In this document: positions 12,315 to 23,559 of the stretch, piece by piece
Layout: the number at the start of each line of letters is the position of its first letter
Position numbering within the stretch: the stretch's first letter is position 1
NCBI GenBank assembly: GCA_030770535.1
Contig: JASVEC010000002.1
Location: 1,054,001-1,118,000, forward strand
Length of the DNA: 64,000 bases
Source: Batkoa obscura
Taxonomy: Eukaryota
Direction of reading: 5' to 3'
The notes under the pieces: model-generated
Database searches by the model: none
Seen by the model: the letters and a program-made list of their open reading frames with translations, nothing else
Told to the model about the DNA's origin: nothing
Position numbers and translations under genes: made by a program

Positions 12315-14452
12315 TTATTTTGATAATACATTATTTAATTGAATTAATTTTTTAGTTAATAATTCAATAGGTTCATTTATTTGTTTTTTAATATCTTGGA
12401 TTTTCTATATTAAAATAAAGGTTAAATAAATCATTATAATTGTAATTGTTAATTATTTACCTCATCACTAAAATTTAATTCAAAATTAGAATATGTGTTA
12501 TTTAATAATTGTTGATTTAATGTGTTACTATAATAAAATAATAAAATAATAGATTAATAAAATAATAAATAAATAGAAATAAAAACTTACAATTGATTTA
12601 ATAATTGAAATAAAGAATTATCCAATGTATTTGTATTATTAATGTTATTTAATAATAACAAATTATTATCTTTCTCTTCTTTAATCAATAGAAATTCTAA
12701 TATTTTATTTAATAAATCCTTATTTATCTAATACATAATTTAATAACTAATCAAATAAGCGAATAATCAATAATATTAATTTACCTTATTATCTTTTTTC
12801 ATTGTATTATTATTACAATTAACTTTTAACTCAATAAATATTTTATCTAACATAATCAAAACCTCATGAAATTCATGAAATTTCTGTTTTAAATTACAAT
12901 AATTCATTTTTAATAATAAATTAAAATATATTGTTAATTTTAAATAATTAATAATTAAATCTATTATTATTTTAAATTTATTATAAACTTGTTTTTGTTG
13001 ATTAATTTGTTTTTGATATTGAATTTGTTTTATATATTGAATTTCAATTAATTGAGTTTTGAAATTAATACTTTGTTCTTCTTTTTGTTCTTCTTTTTGT
13101 TCAATTATAAGCTGTAATAAACTATTTGAACATTAACTATTATAATTATTATAAAAAGTTAGATTAAAACTTACTTAATGTCTTTTGTCGTTGATGAGTT
13201 GTTATTTCTAAAATTAGCCAATAATTTTTGTTTTAATTGATTTTTGTATTTTATTTCTTTCAATTTACGTTGATTTTTTAAATAACTAATAAATTGATTT
13301 TATTACTAGTTAATTATATACTATTAATGTTAAACCTTACATTTCATTCAATTTGTTAATTTCATCCAATATCTCTATTTTCCAAAAAAAACATTAATAA
13401 CTTTTTCTCTTAATCTTTTAGTTTATACGAATACTTACTTTTTTCTTTGTTATTATATGTATTATTATTTAATTCAAAATTGATTTTAATTACTTCTATT
13501 AAATGAATAGCAATGGATTTAAAATTCAAATGAATGTCTTTCATTAGCGTTGTAAATAATAAAATGTCATATTCTAAACAAGTAGTTAAGTTTCAAAAAA
13601 CGTAGAATAAACACTATAAACATACTATCACATTGAATTAAGTCTAAAAATTTACTGTCCATCCAACCAAATGTTTTCTTAATCTAATTAAAAATTTAAT
13701 ATTAAATATGTCTCATATTATTACTGTAACTTCAAAATCTTACTTCTAAACTTTGTTTTTTAAATTTCATTTCTAATTCTCTTTCTTGATCTTGAATTAA
13801 TACTTCTTTTTGTTTTTTTAATATTTTAATTTCTTTTTGTAATTCAATTTCAGTATCACTAATCCTATTAAATCTCCATACAACTAAACTCAATATACTA
13901 ATTACCTTAAACAATTTAATTGATTTTTTAATATCAAATTCTGTTGTTCAAGTCGATCAAGTTGAGTTAGTTGTATTTGATATTTGAAGCTAAATAATTT
14001 AATAGAAATTAACTAAAATTGATATTAGTTTATTTGAATCTTTAAATTACCTTTTCTCTTCTAATTGACTATGAGTAGAATTCATAATCCTAACACCGCT
14101 TTGTTTTCCCTATCAAAATAATAAAGACAGAAATAAATAACATTCTAAAGTTTCTAATCACATAACAATAAAAATGAAAACTTACCCTCAATTCTATCAT
14201 CTCTAATCTCTCATCTTCACTCAAACACTTCCATTTCCAATATACCAATTCATCCATCAGTTTGTTTTTAATTTTATTAATATTATCTTGTTGATTTTTA
14301 TTGCTACTATCCTCTTTATTTCTACATTGAAACAAATGCGACTTTCTTAAATCGATGGAGTCTTTCTCATCTTTCCTCAATCCCTGTCGAATCTTTTCAA
14401 ATAACTCATAATTGTTAGAAGCTCTTGTTGGTCCTTGAAATTGAGAAGTCAT
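12315..14452 (-). CDS. Multi-exon coiled-coil protein of unknown function
   Basis: ORF fragments 14090-14452 and 13732-13914 plus many short K/Q/L/I-rich exons bounded by GT..AG. The last exon ends ...LNNVLSK* at 12315. Exon structure not fully resolved. Confidence 0.55.
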
Positions 14453-14962
14453 AAAGATTAACAGATTGGATTATTTTTCAAACAGTTGAAATTGATTATA
14501 AATTCTTTTAAAAAAACAAAATAAGTCATAATAAAAATTAGAATCCTTTAACTATTTTCTAGTAAAAGCAAAATTTGCAACTAAATTTAACCAAGTTTAC
14601 TTAAGAAATAAAAACAAATTTTAATTAACAAGTGCTTTTCGAAACTGACCATGTGGGCTGATTGTGTTACACTTAATAAGTCTGCTAACTTTTCTTTATA
14701 TCATTTTAAATAAAGGATTATGACAGACCAATCCTCAAATATTGATTTCAATTATTTTTAAAATTTTTAATACATCTGAAATTTTATTAAATTTAGTGTA
14801 TTATAAAATGATTTTTATAAAATATTATAAAATTTATATCTAAAATAGTAATTTATAAGATATTTTCTAAGTAATCTGGCTTTTTGGGTAGGTTCATGTT
14901 GGCAAAAGTACAAAACTCTTGTGGTTTAGCTTTTACAGAGAAAATAATTTACTTTTAGATAT

Positions 14963-15062
14963 GGGGATGTATTTTTGTGTTTAAGGATTTTACTAATAAT
15001 TTTTCCACTCAAATGATGCATAAAAGATGGAAAAAGTAATGAAGCCAAAAAAAAACACTCCC
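14963..15062 (+). mobile_element. MITE copy
   Basis: Family match, ATAT TSD. Confidence 0.92.
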
Positions 15063-15079
15063 ATATTAAAAGCATATAA

Positions 15080-15183
15080 GGGTGTGTTTTTTTGTTTAAG
15101 AATTTTACTATGATTTTCCCATTTAAGTAGTGCTTAAGTGGAAAAATTGTTAATAAAACTCTTAAATATAAAATTATATCCTC
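15080..15183. mobile_element. Fold-back MITE variant made of two left arms
   Basis: Left arm followed by the reverse complement of the left arm; ATAA on both sides. Confidence 0.75.
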
Positions 15184-15439
15184 ATAAGTTGTTGCAATTA
15201 ATGGCTTTTTAAAATCAACTTTAGCTTAAAAAGTCAGATTACTTTAAAAAATACTTTATAATAAATTTTTTTGAATTGTATAAATAAAATTTGAAATTAA
15301 TTTTTAACCAAAAAAATTATCTCAAATAATATAAAAAAAGTATTAAAAAAAATTAAAATATTCAGCTTAAAGTATTTTTTAAATATTAATAAAAAAATGT
15401 TATTTAAAAACATAAAAGGATGTTCAAATTAGTCTTAGG

Positions 15440-15955
15440 ATTTTTTAATTTCAATATAATAAAAATAATAATATAAATATTGTGATTCATTTATATTAAT
15501 TTTAATAGCTATTTATGAAACCCAGAATTTATACAATTTTATGATAATGATGGAATTCATTAAAACTTACTATTGATAATAATAAACTTGATTAGGCAAT
15601 ATATAAAGTTAATGTTTTAAAAGAAATAAGAAATAAATATCAATAAATACCATTATCATCAACCATAGTTTTACTATATGGGGCTGTTTTTTTTAGTTTC
15701 ATTATTTTTCGATTTTTTAAGCGCTATTTGAGTGGAAAGGCTGCTAATAAAATTCTTAAATAAAAAAAATACATCCTCATATTTTTTTAATAAGTATAAA
15801 AACTTTGGATTTAATATAAGTAGAAATTAATATAACCACTTAAAAATAGTTAATAAGAATAAAACATTAATATCATAATTTATTATTAACAATATAAAAA
15901 AAATCAAAAATAAGTAAATTAAAATTATCATATAATATTTAATAATTTAATCATC
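15440..15955 (+). pseudogene. Decayed fragment of the same transposase found at 35.6-37.5 kb, interrupted by a MITE at 15680-15778
   Basis: Colinear nucleotide similarity, e.g. tactattgataataataaactt at ~15568 and ~36038, and tttggatttaatataagtagaaat vs tttgggtttaatataaatagaaat. Confidence 0.8.
15680..15778 (-). mobile_element. MITE copy inside the transposase relic
   Basis: ATAT TSD; the homologous site is empty at ~36145. Confidence 0.9.
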
Positions 15956-15964
15956 AAAATTTTT

Positions 15965-16048
15965 GGATGTTTTTTTAGCTTTAATACTTTTTCCATCTTT
16001 TAAGCATTATTTGAGTGGAAAAATTGTTAGATACAAAAATACACCCCC
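15965..16048 (-). mobile_element. MITE copy with internal deletion
   Basis: Family match; one end eroded. Confidence 0.8.
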
Positions 16049-16129
16049 ATATTTTCATTTATCAAAATTTTATGAAATTTTAATAAATAAAATCATTGAT
16101 AGCTTTTTAGAGCAAATTTAAATATATAT

Positions 16130-16228
16130 GGGGATGTATTTTTGTATTTAAGAATTTTACTAACAAATTTTCCGCTCAAATAGCGCTTAAAAAATGAAAA
16201 AAATAATGAAGTCAAAAGAAATACTCCC
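16130..16228 (+). mobile_element. MITE copy
   Basis: Family match, ATAT TSD. Confidence 0.92.
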
Positions 16229-16336
16229 ATATGGTAGTATAAAAAAGTGATATAATAAAAAATAAAAAATTCGATTAAATTTGATTATAAGCTATATATA
16301 AAAAAGATTATAACTTGTAAAATAGCAATTATAATT

Positions 16337-16371
16337 TCAAAGGTGTCCTTAATAACTTGAAACACCCTGTA
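16337..16371 (-). mobile_element. Possible solo Tc1/mariner-type terminus
   Basis: Minus strand reads TACAGGGTGTTTCAAGTTATTAAGGACACC; TA+CAGGGTG is a typical Tc1/mariner end. No partner end found. Confidence 0.35.
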
Positions 16372-16377
16372 TGATAA

Positions 16378-16475
16378 GGGGCTGTTTTTTTTAGTTTCAT
16401 TATTTTCCCATTTTTTAAGTTCTATTTATGTGGAAAAATTGTCAGTAAAATTCTTAAATACAAAAATACATCCCC
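16378..16475 (-). mobile_element. MITE copy
   Basis: Family match, ATAA TSD. Confidence 0.92.
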
Positions 16476-16574
16476 ATAAATTGAGTTAAATTTTATTTAT
16501 TATACAAGTCCTTTTATTTTTTATTTTTTATTTTTTCCTTTCCTTACAATATCTTTGTCAAGCATCTAATATAT

Positions 16575-16671
16575 GAAGATGTTTTTTTGATTTCACTACT
16601 TTTTCCATCTTTTAAGCGTTATTTGAGTGGAAAATTTGTTAGTAAATTCTTAAATGAAAAAATACATCCCC
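16575..16671 (-). mobile_element. MITE copy
   Basis: Family match, ATAT TSD. Confidence 0.9.
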
Positions 16672-17296
16672 ATATTATTTTTTTCTTAAATAACAATAAA
16701 ACATTTAAAAGTTCAAAGTATTTTTAAGATTTTCAAAAAAAAAACATTTATTAAAAAACCGAAATATTTATTAAAATTTAACCAAATATAGTAAGTAAGG
16801 TTTTTCAAATATTACACTAAGTTATTAAATTGAGTTTCATAATGTTAAAAATAACATAAAATACTTTTAAATTTTTATTTTTAGGATTAATTAATTAGCT
16901 ATAAAATCGTGATAATATTGAGAACAATTATTAATAAAATGATTCAAATCAAAAGTCAATTAAAGAATTATTAAAATTAAACAATTTAAAGCAATATTTC
17001 TATACTTGTTTATTTTATAAAACATTAATTTTAAATATGTATTTTATAACAAAAGTGAAAGAGTGGTGAACTTAATTTGATCATTTTTATATTATTTGAA
17101 GAACTGTTTAAAACACTAATAAATGAAACTTCTAAAATGCGGTTCCTAAATTAAGAAACTTTTGAGAAATTAGAAGTTTGTAAATGCATCAAGTTCATTT
17201 ATTAGTTATTCTAGTAATATGAACCAAAAATTAAGTATATAAGCAAAAGATAGAATCATTCTATTAATTACAACAATTTAATAATTTTACTAAAGG

Positions 17297-17899
17297 ATGG
17301 TTAATAAAATACACTATGGCTACTCGGAACTACCAACGATAAATGAAAAGGAAGAAGATGCTTTAATGATTTATCTAAGAAGTATAGGTCATGAAGCATT
17401 ATATCCAACAATATCTAAAGTATTTAAAGATGTAACCCCCGATAAAATACAAAATACATTAAAAGAAGTAAATCAATTTATATGTCAAGAACAAAATAAC
17501 AAAAAAGGACTACGAGCCAGTTTAGATAATATGAAAAATAAGTTATTAAAGCCAATAAAGAAGAAGTTAAGTTTGGATCATATCACTTCAAATTATCAAG
17601 AGGTTAAATCTCTTTCAAATGCCAATAATTGTACTAAAAGAATTCCAAATGGATCCTTGAGTATAACGTCCAGTTATGGTCCACTTAGTCCAGAAACATT
17701 GTCTGCTCCTAATACCCCATTAACTAAAGAATTATCCAGTCCAAACTTGAGTTTTATTCAATCTCCAACGTCACTAAATGAGAGTGTAAATTTATGTATA
17801 ATACAAGATCAATCGAACTTCAACTCCCCTTATTTAACTTCTCCAACTTTGGTTAAATATTCTTTAGAAGAGGCTAGAAAGCGACTTAATCGTAGCTAA
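17297..17899 (+). CDS. Hypothetical protein (orphan family A) with S/T-P-rich tail
   Basis: 200-aa ATG ORF with upstream TATA-like tatataag. Its N-terminal domain is similar to 18471-18860. Confidence 0.7.
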   Translation: MVNKIHYGYSELPTINEKEEDALMIYLRSIGHEALYPTISKVFKDVTPDKIQNTLKEVNQFICQEQNNKKGLRASLDNMKNKLLKPIKKKLSLDHITSNYQEVKSLSNANNCTKRIPNGSLSITSSYGPLSPETLSAPNTPLTKELSSPNLSFIQSPTSLNESVNLCIIQDQSNFNSPYLTSPTLVKYSLEEARKRLNRS

Positions 17900-18470
17900 T
17901 TTAAATTGAAAAACATGAAATCTTTTTTTATTTATAATTTAATTAAAATTAAAATTAAAAATTTCAAATATTTTAATTAGTTGATTTTAGTCGCGTGTTT
18001 ACTTTCTATATTTATCAAAATTTCTCAATTTTGAATTTTGAATTAGGAGTTGATTCCAAATAATAATTATAAAATTTTAATATTTATAAGTATAATTCCA
18101 TTATTAAATGAAAAGGTGGGGTGTTACTTACATCTCTGAATACTCAAAATAAATTCATTGGTAATCATAAAGTAATTGCTTTTTTATGTTGGGTGAAATA
18201 GTAGTACTAATAACAATATTAATCTTTTCAAAATTTTAAATATTGATATATTAATATATTAATATATTGATATTTAATAATACTTTAGAAGTCCCTAATT
18301 ATAGCATTAAATTGATTTAAAACCTATATTAATTATAAAAAAATAGTTTATTAACTTTAAAAGTATAATAAACTACTAAACATAAAAAAGTAAAGGTATA
18401 AAACAAACTATTTATTAATCTATAGAATAGTGAATAAAAAAGTGGGAAATCCAAGGGAAGCAATAACACA

Positions 18471-18860
18471 TTAAAAGTTGAGTTTATGAATCAAGTTAAA
18501 CGATTGAGGTCCACTAACACAATGACAATTGGGCACATTTTTACAAGAAGCATAATCAAAATCCACTTTTTTAACATCCTTTTTTACTTTTCGATTGAAA
18601 TAGAATTTTACTCCTTTACTTATTGAATTGATATACGATCTCAATTTGTTATTTAAAGCGGAGGGTATCTTTTCTTTTTTAATAGCATGATATTTAGTTA
18701 GTTGATCTAAAGCTACTCGAATTTCATGATTCCCTAAATCTACAAAAACTTTGGATAATTCAGGGTATAAATCTAAGTAACCAGTACTCATTAAATATAA
18801 TAAAAGCTGACTGTCTTGTTCATCGTTTGTATTGGATAATTCAACTGGATTATCGCACAT
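18471..18860 (-). CDS. Hypothetical protein (orphan family A paralog)
   Basis: LLLYLMSTGYLDLYPELSKVF aligns with LMIYLRSIGHEALYPTISKVF of 17297-17899. Confidence 0.65.
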   Translation of the reverse strand: MCDNPVELSNTNDEQDSQLLLYLMSTGYLDLYPELSKVFVDLGNHEIRVALDQLTKYHAIKKEKIPSALNNKLRSYINSISKGVKFYFNRKVKKDVKKVDFDYASCKNVPNCHCVSGPQSFNLIHKLNF

Positions 18861-19542
18861 ACTTAAAATAAGATAAGAAATAAATAAATAAAAATTACAA
18901 AAAATTAAAAGTTAAAATTTGCTTTTTCAAACCTTTTATTCACTCACCTTTTAAATGTTTTGAAACAGGTTTGTTTTAACACTAAATGATTTAGTCGATG
19001 TAAGATTACTATTTCAGTTGACTCGGAATTTTATTGATTTATTTATTTTTAGTTAGTAAGATTTAAATGCACCCATTATTAATTAGTATTCTCTTATAAT
19101 GCTGATTCTATTTTTAAAAGTGTTTTAATAATAACAATACTATAAAAAGTAGGATAATAGAAGTATAAAATATTAGTCGATATTCTATATTAAATGTTTG
19201 TTTTTTGTAGTTCCATTATTATTGTCATTACTAACGCAATTGGAATCACTTCAGTTACGTTAATCTTTATTTTTAACAAACTTTAGAATTGTTTTTTTCT
19301 TATTAACTTAAACTTTATTTAATAACTCCCATTTTTCTTAACTCTCGAAATTGATTTTTCAAACATAATAATGTTTGAAATCAACTTGTTTTCTCAGTTT
19401 AATTAAATATAGTATTTTTACCTCCTTTTGAGTTAATATCAGTAAATTTAATAATTAGAGAAAAAAAATTAGCATCTCAAACTAGTATTATTGTCATTAT
19501 TGTTTATTAATCTTAATGTCAAGGCTTTAACAATATCGGTAT

Positions 19543-19637
19543 AAGGATGTTTTTTTTGTTTCAGCACTTTTTTCATTTTTTAAGTGCTATTTGTGCAGGA
19601 AAATTGCTAGTAAAAACCTTAAACAAGAATAGATCCC
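19543..19637 (-). mobile_element. MITE copy, degenerate
   Basis: Family match with eroded ends. Confidence 0.75.
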
Positions 19638-19962
19638 ATATTTTCTGAAAAATTACTATTTTATAAAAAAAACTCATTATCTCAAACTAATGTTAATCAT
19701 TTAACAGTATTTTGTCTAAATAGTAAACAGAGGCCTTTCGATGTTTTATATAAATAGTAATTTTCTTTTGAAATGAAAATAGTATTTAAGATAAATAAAC
19801 TTATTAAAGTATTTTCAACTGATAAAGGCAGATAAGAGGGCTATTTTAAGCAATAAGTTTGCTCTTTATTGTAATTTTAATGAAATTTGATTTATTCTGC
19901 TTAAGAAATAGATAAAGAGATGAGATGTAAGCGCTGGATTTCCATAGTTAATAAAGCTCAAA

Positions 19963-21974
19963 TCAGTTTTCAGTAATAGAAACTTTGATAGCCTCAGCAA
20001 ATTGAGTGGTATTAAAGTTCCTATAATTTATTTTCTTTTCGATATTTCTTTTAAAAGTAAATTTTTTTGTTAAATTTGTACTAAATATAGTTCCATCCAA
20101 GCCAAGCTAAATAAATGAAAATAGACGAATTTTAGCTTGATTAAAAAAGACTTACATCCCATCAATATGAGCTCTAGATCTCATTAAAAGAGGATGAAAT
20201 TAAAATTAGTTTTAAATTTCCTATCTTGTAACCATCTTCAAGGGTCAAAGCATTTGTGTTTTTCCATAACGAGGGTAAATTGTGTAAAGAGTTAATATTC
20301 ATTCCAAGAATAACCTAGGAGACATTGTTAATTTTGTTTAATTTTATAATTGATTTTACCTCTTCTTATATATAATAACTATCAACTACTTTACCTTCTT
20401 TAGGTATAACCCTTGTTAGAGCGCCACCAGTCATTAGTAAGCTTACTAAGCCTTCATGAGTTATTGCATTAAGATAATGACATTCTGACTTATATTTAGT
20501 ATAAATAGTCGAATTTTTGTCTGGAAATATTATAAGTATTTGTTTTTTGGCTTTTTATATACTTCTAGATTACTAATTAATAAATAAAATGTTCTAATTG
20601 CATCAGTTTGATTATATCAATAATCGATTATACTAAATTACCATGTAAGTGAGTTTAAAGTAATATCAGCCCTAGTACCACTTCAAATCATTTGGTTAAA
20701 ATAGCTTAATAACTTAAGGAACAGAATCGCATTTATAAAATCAATTCTTCACCTATATCTTTATCACTCAAATGATTTTCAGTATCTGGATCCATCACTT
20801 TAAGAAAAGTACTTAAGATAATAGCTCTATCTAGATTATTTCTAGCATCTTTTATTATTTGATATGCGAACCAAATACGATTAAGTAAATTCAATAATTT
20901 TATCACCAGTTAATACCTCATATAATTTTCTAATGCCATCAAATTGACAGTGTTTCATAAATGTAAACATAAATACCTAGTATTGTCTAAATATTGCAAC
21001 TTAAAAATGGAGGATAAACCATACCACAAGGCTATAATTGGAAGTATTATATACTCATCTTACTGCTAGATGATGACCATTCTTTAGGATACTAAACGGT
21101 TTTCCAAATGCCAAGCTGCCAATTACATCATAATAATCATATTAGTATAGATATGGGCTATTTCATAAATAATTTACAAAAGTAAAGTAACAAAAATAAA
21201 GACCAGTATCTAACCTTTGACCTTAAGTTGCAAGTCTATCCACCTTATTTACAAAAGCGCATACATCTTTTTTGACTAAGTACTTTATGATTTTTATTTC
21301 CTTTCCCTAAAAAGACGGAAAAACAATTTTTTTGTAACTATTAACCACTAATTCATAAAACGTTCAAAATATTACTCACTAGTGAAAATCTCTTTGTCTT
21401 TTTCACATTTTATTTATTATCTAGTACTAAAAATAGTTTCTTCTGCTATATGAAAAACATCACAAGTTTCATATTTTATGTAGGTATGAGTTAAGTGTAT
21501 CTCTTTTAACGTTAAATCAGAAGAAAATGAGATCTCATTCCAATCTAGTTTCATCATCCTTATTATTATAATACCTAATTTTAACTTTGATGCTTACTTA
21601 ATTTTACTACATTCCCATATTTACTATGCAAATTGAGAGCATACTCTGGAAAGGCACCATCTATCATATAAAATCTACTTATGAAGGGGAATATTAAGTT
21701 AATTAAAGGACCAGATATTTCCCTCAATAGGCTAAAACATACGTCATATGTGGATGTTTTTTTTGGCTTCATCGTTTTTTCCATCTTTTTAAGCGCCATT
21801 TGAGTAGAATAATTATTAGCAAAATTCTCAAATATAAAAACACATTCTCATATATAGCCTTTAAATACGAAATTATAACATCCTCTTAACATTTAAGTAA
21901 TAATCTACTTTATAACCATAGTACGAAAAAAGTGTTGTAAGGATATAATTCAATACTAGAATTAAGCTAGACAT
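19963..21974 (-). pseudogene. Cytochrome P450 pseudogene, paralog of 40035-41979
   Basis: Exon layout matches the intact copy (22-codon exon 1, GPLINLIFPF). A MITE sits in exon 2, there is a 1-nt deletion before the heme motif, and RACVG has become RAHIDG (Cys lost). Confidence 0.9.
21750..21849 (-). mobile_element. MITE copy in exon 2 of the P450 pseudogene
   Basis: ATAT TSD; removal restores the frame AIYDVCFS. Confidence 0.92.
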
Positions 21975-22215
21975 TTTTTAAAATTATGTTCATGTTTTTT
22001 TCTCCTTTATACATGGTTCTCAAAATTAATATAGTTCTTTTTATAGCTGTCATAGATTTCGATTTTATTTTATTGTATTTTCCGATTTTTCATATTGGAA
22101 ATTTTAAAAAAATTAGTAAAAAAATGAATATGGATCAATTCTTTAGCTAGCTTTGATTAAAGTTTAAACTTAGAAAATCTATAAGTTTAGTGAAAAATAG
22201 CAGAAATAAAACGCT

Positions 22216-22315
22216 GGAGGGATGTATATTTTATCTCATTATTTACTCTATTTTTCAAATACTTTGGAACTTAAAATACTATTCATTTTATTCGATAGAA
22301 ATAAATATGTCCTCC
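22216..22315. mobile_element. Possible related 100-bp element with GGAG ends
   Basis: GGAGGGATGTATATTTTATC...GATAGAAATAAATATGTCCTCC imperfect TIRs; different interior, no clear TSD. Confidence 0.35.
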
Positions 22316-22957
22316 ATTTTCTTAGTGTCTACACTTAACTGATCGTTTTTACAATAGACATTAAAATTGGAAAAGAGCTAAGCCTTAAGTTTAGTTTTAC
22401 CAACATTAGGAACAGTAAAATAGATATGTCATAAAGTCTTTATTATTCTTGATTTAAATATTTGTTTTGTAAATGTGTTAAAGATATATTTGTTTTTTAT
22501 TAGTATAAAGAGTTCAAATTATCTTTTTAAATTTTAGTATTTTTTTCCTAAACTTTTATCATTGCTATTCAACTGAATTACTTTCACACTGAAGTCACAA
22601 ATCATAGTAGTAAAATTTTAATTCTTTTTCAAGGCATTTATATATTTTATAGATGTTGTAACCCTCTTGAGACTAATTAGCTGCCCACTAAAGGGGAAAA
22701 AATTATGCTAAAATTATGTAAAAATTTAACTAAAATATAACAATGAGCTTCTAAAAAACTAGTTATACAAATAATTTGATTATATAAAATATCTCTAAAA
22801 GCCACAAAAGGATTGGAGCAGCTATAGTTCTCTCACTTAATCGCAATTAGAAGCTTTACTAACTATGAAGCTTAAATGTCTATTTCCTGTTTATAAAAAT
22901 AATGAATTTGATACAAATTGGTATATGTTTATTAATATTACTAAATTGCCTATATAT

Positions 22958-23053
22958 GAGGATGTATTTTTGTTTAAGAATTTTACTAACAAATTTTCCG
23001 CTTAAATAACTCTTAAAAATGGAAAAAGCAATGAAGTCAAAAAAAACATCACC
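22958..23053 (+). mobile_element. MITE copy (tandem 1)
   Basis: Shares ATAT 23054-23057 with the next copy. Confidence 0.9.
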
Positions 23054-23057
23054 ATAT

Positions 23058-23156
23058 GGGGATGTATTTTTGTGTTTAAGAGCTTTACTAATAATTTTTC
23101 TACTCAAATAGCGCTTAAAGGATGGAAAAAGTAATGAAGCCAAAAAATACATCCCC
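23058..23156 (+). mobile_element. MITE copy (tandem 2)
   Basis: Family match, ATAT TSD. Confidence 0.92.
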
Positions 23157-23559
23157 ATATACTGTTGTTTCAGTATTAATACCTTCATTGATTTATGAGT
23201 TTTTAATAAAAATAAACTAGAGTTTTATTATATGATCAATTCTAAATAAAATCGTATTATTTTTTATTTTTATTTTTCATTTTCTAACACCTTTTTAACT
23301 TTTTCAAAAATGGTTACCAGAATCTTGCCTATTATATATAAATGCTCACGAAACAGTAGGAAATTAGTGATAGATAAAAACTCTGTTAAATTTAATTAAA
23401 ACTTTAGTTTATTAAGTATAGCTTGGCTCAAAACAGTAGTACTTGGATTTATTTATCTATAAATAATAAACAAATGCTATAACTTCAAGATTATACTTCC
23501 TTAACTTTGTTACTATAGTAAAAGGATACGAACAACGAATAGTGTAAAAAACAAGAAAT

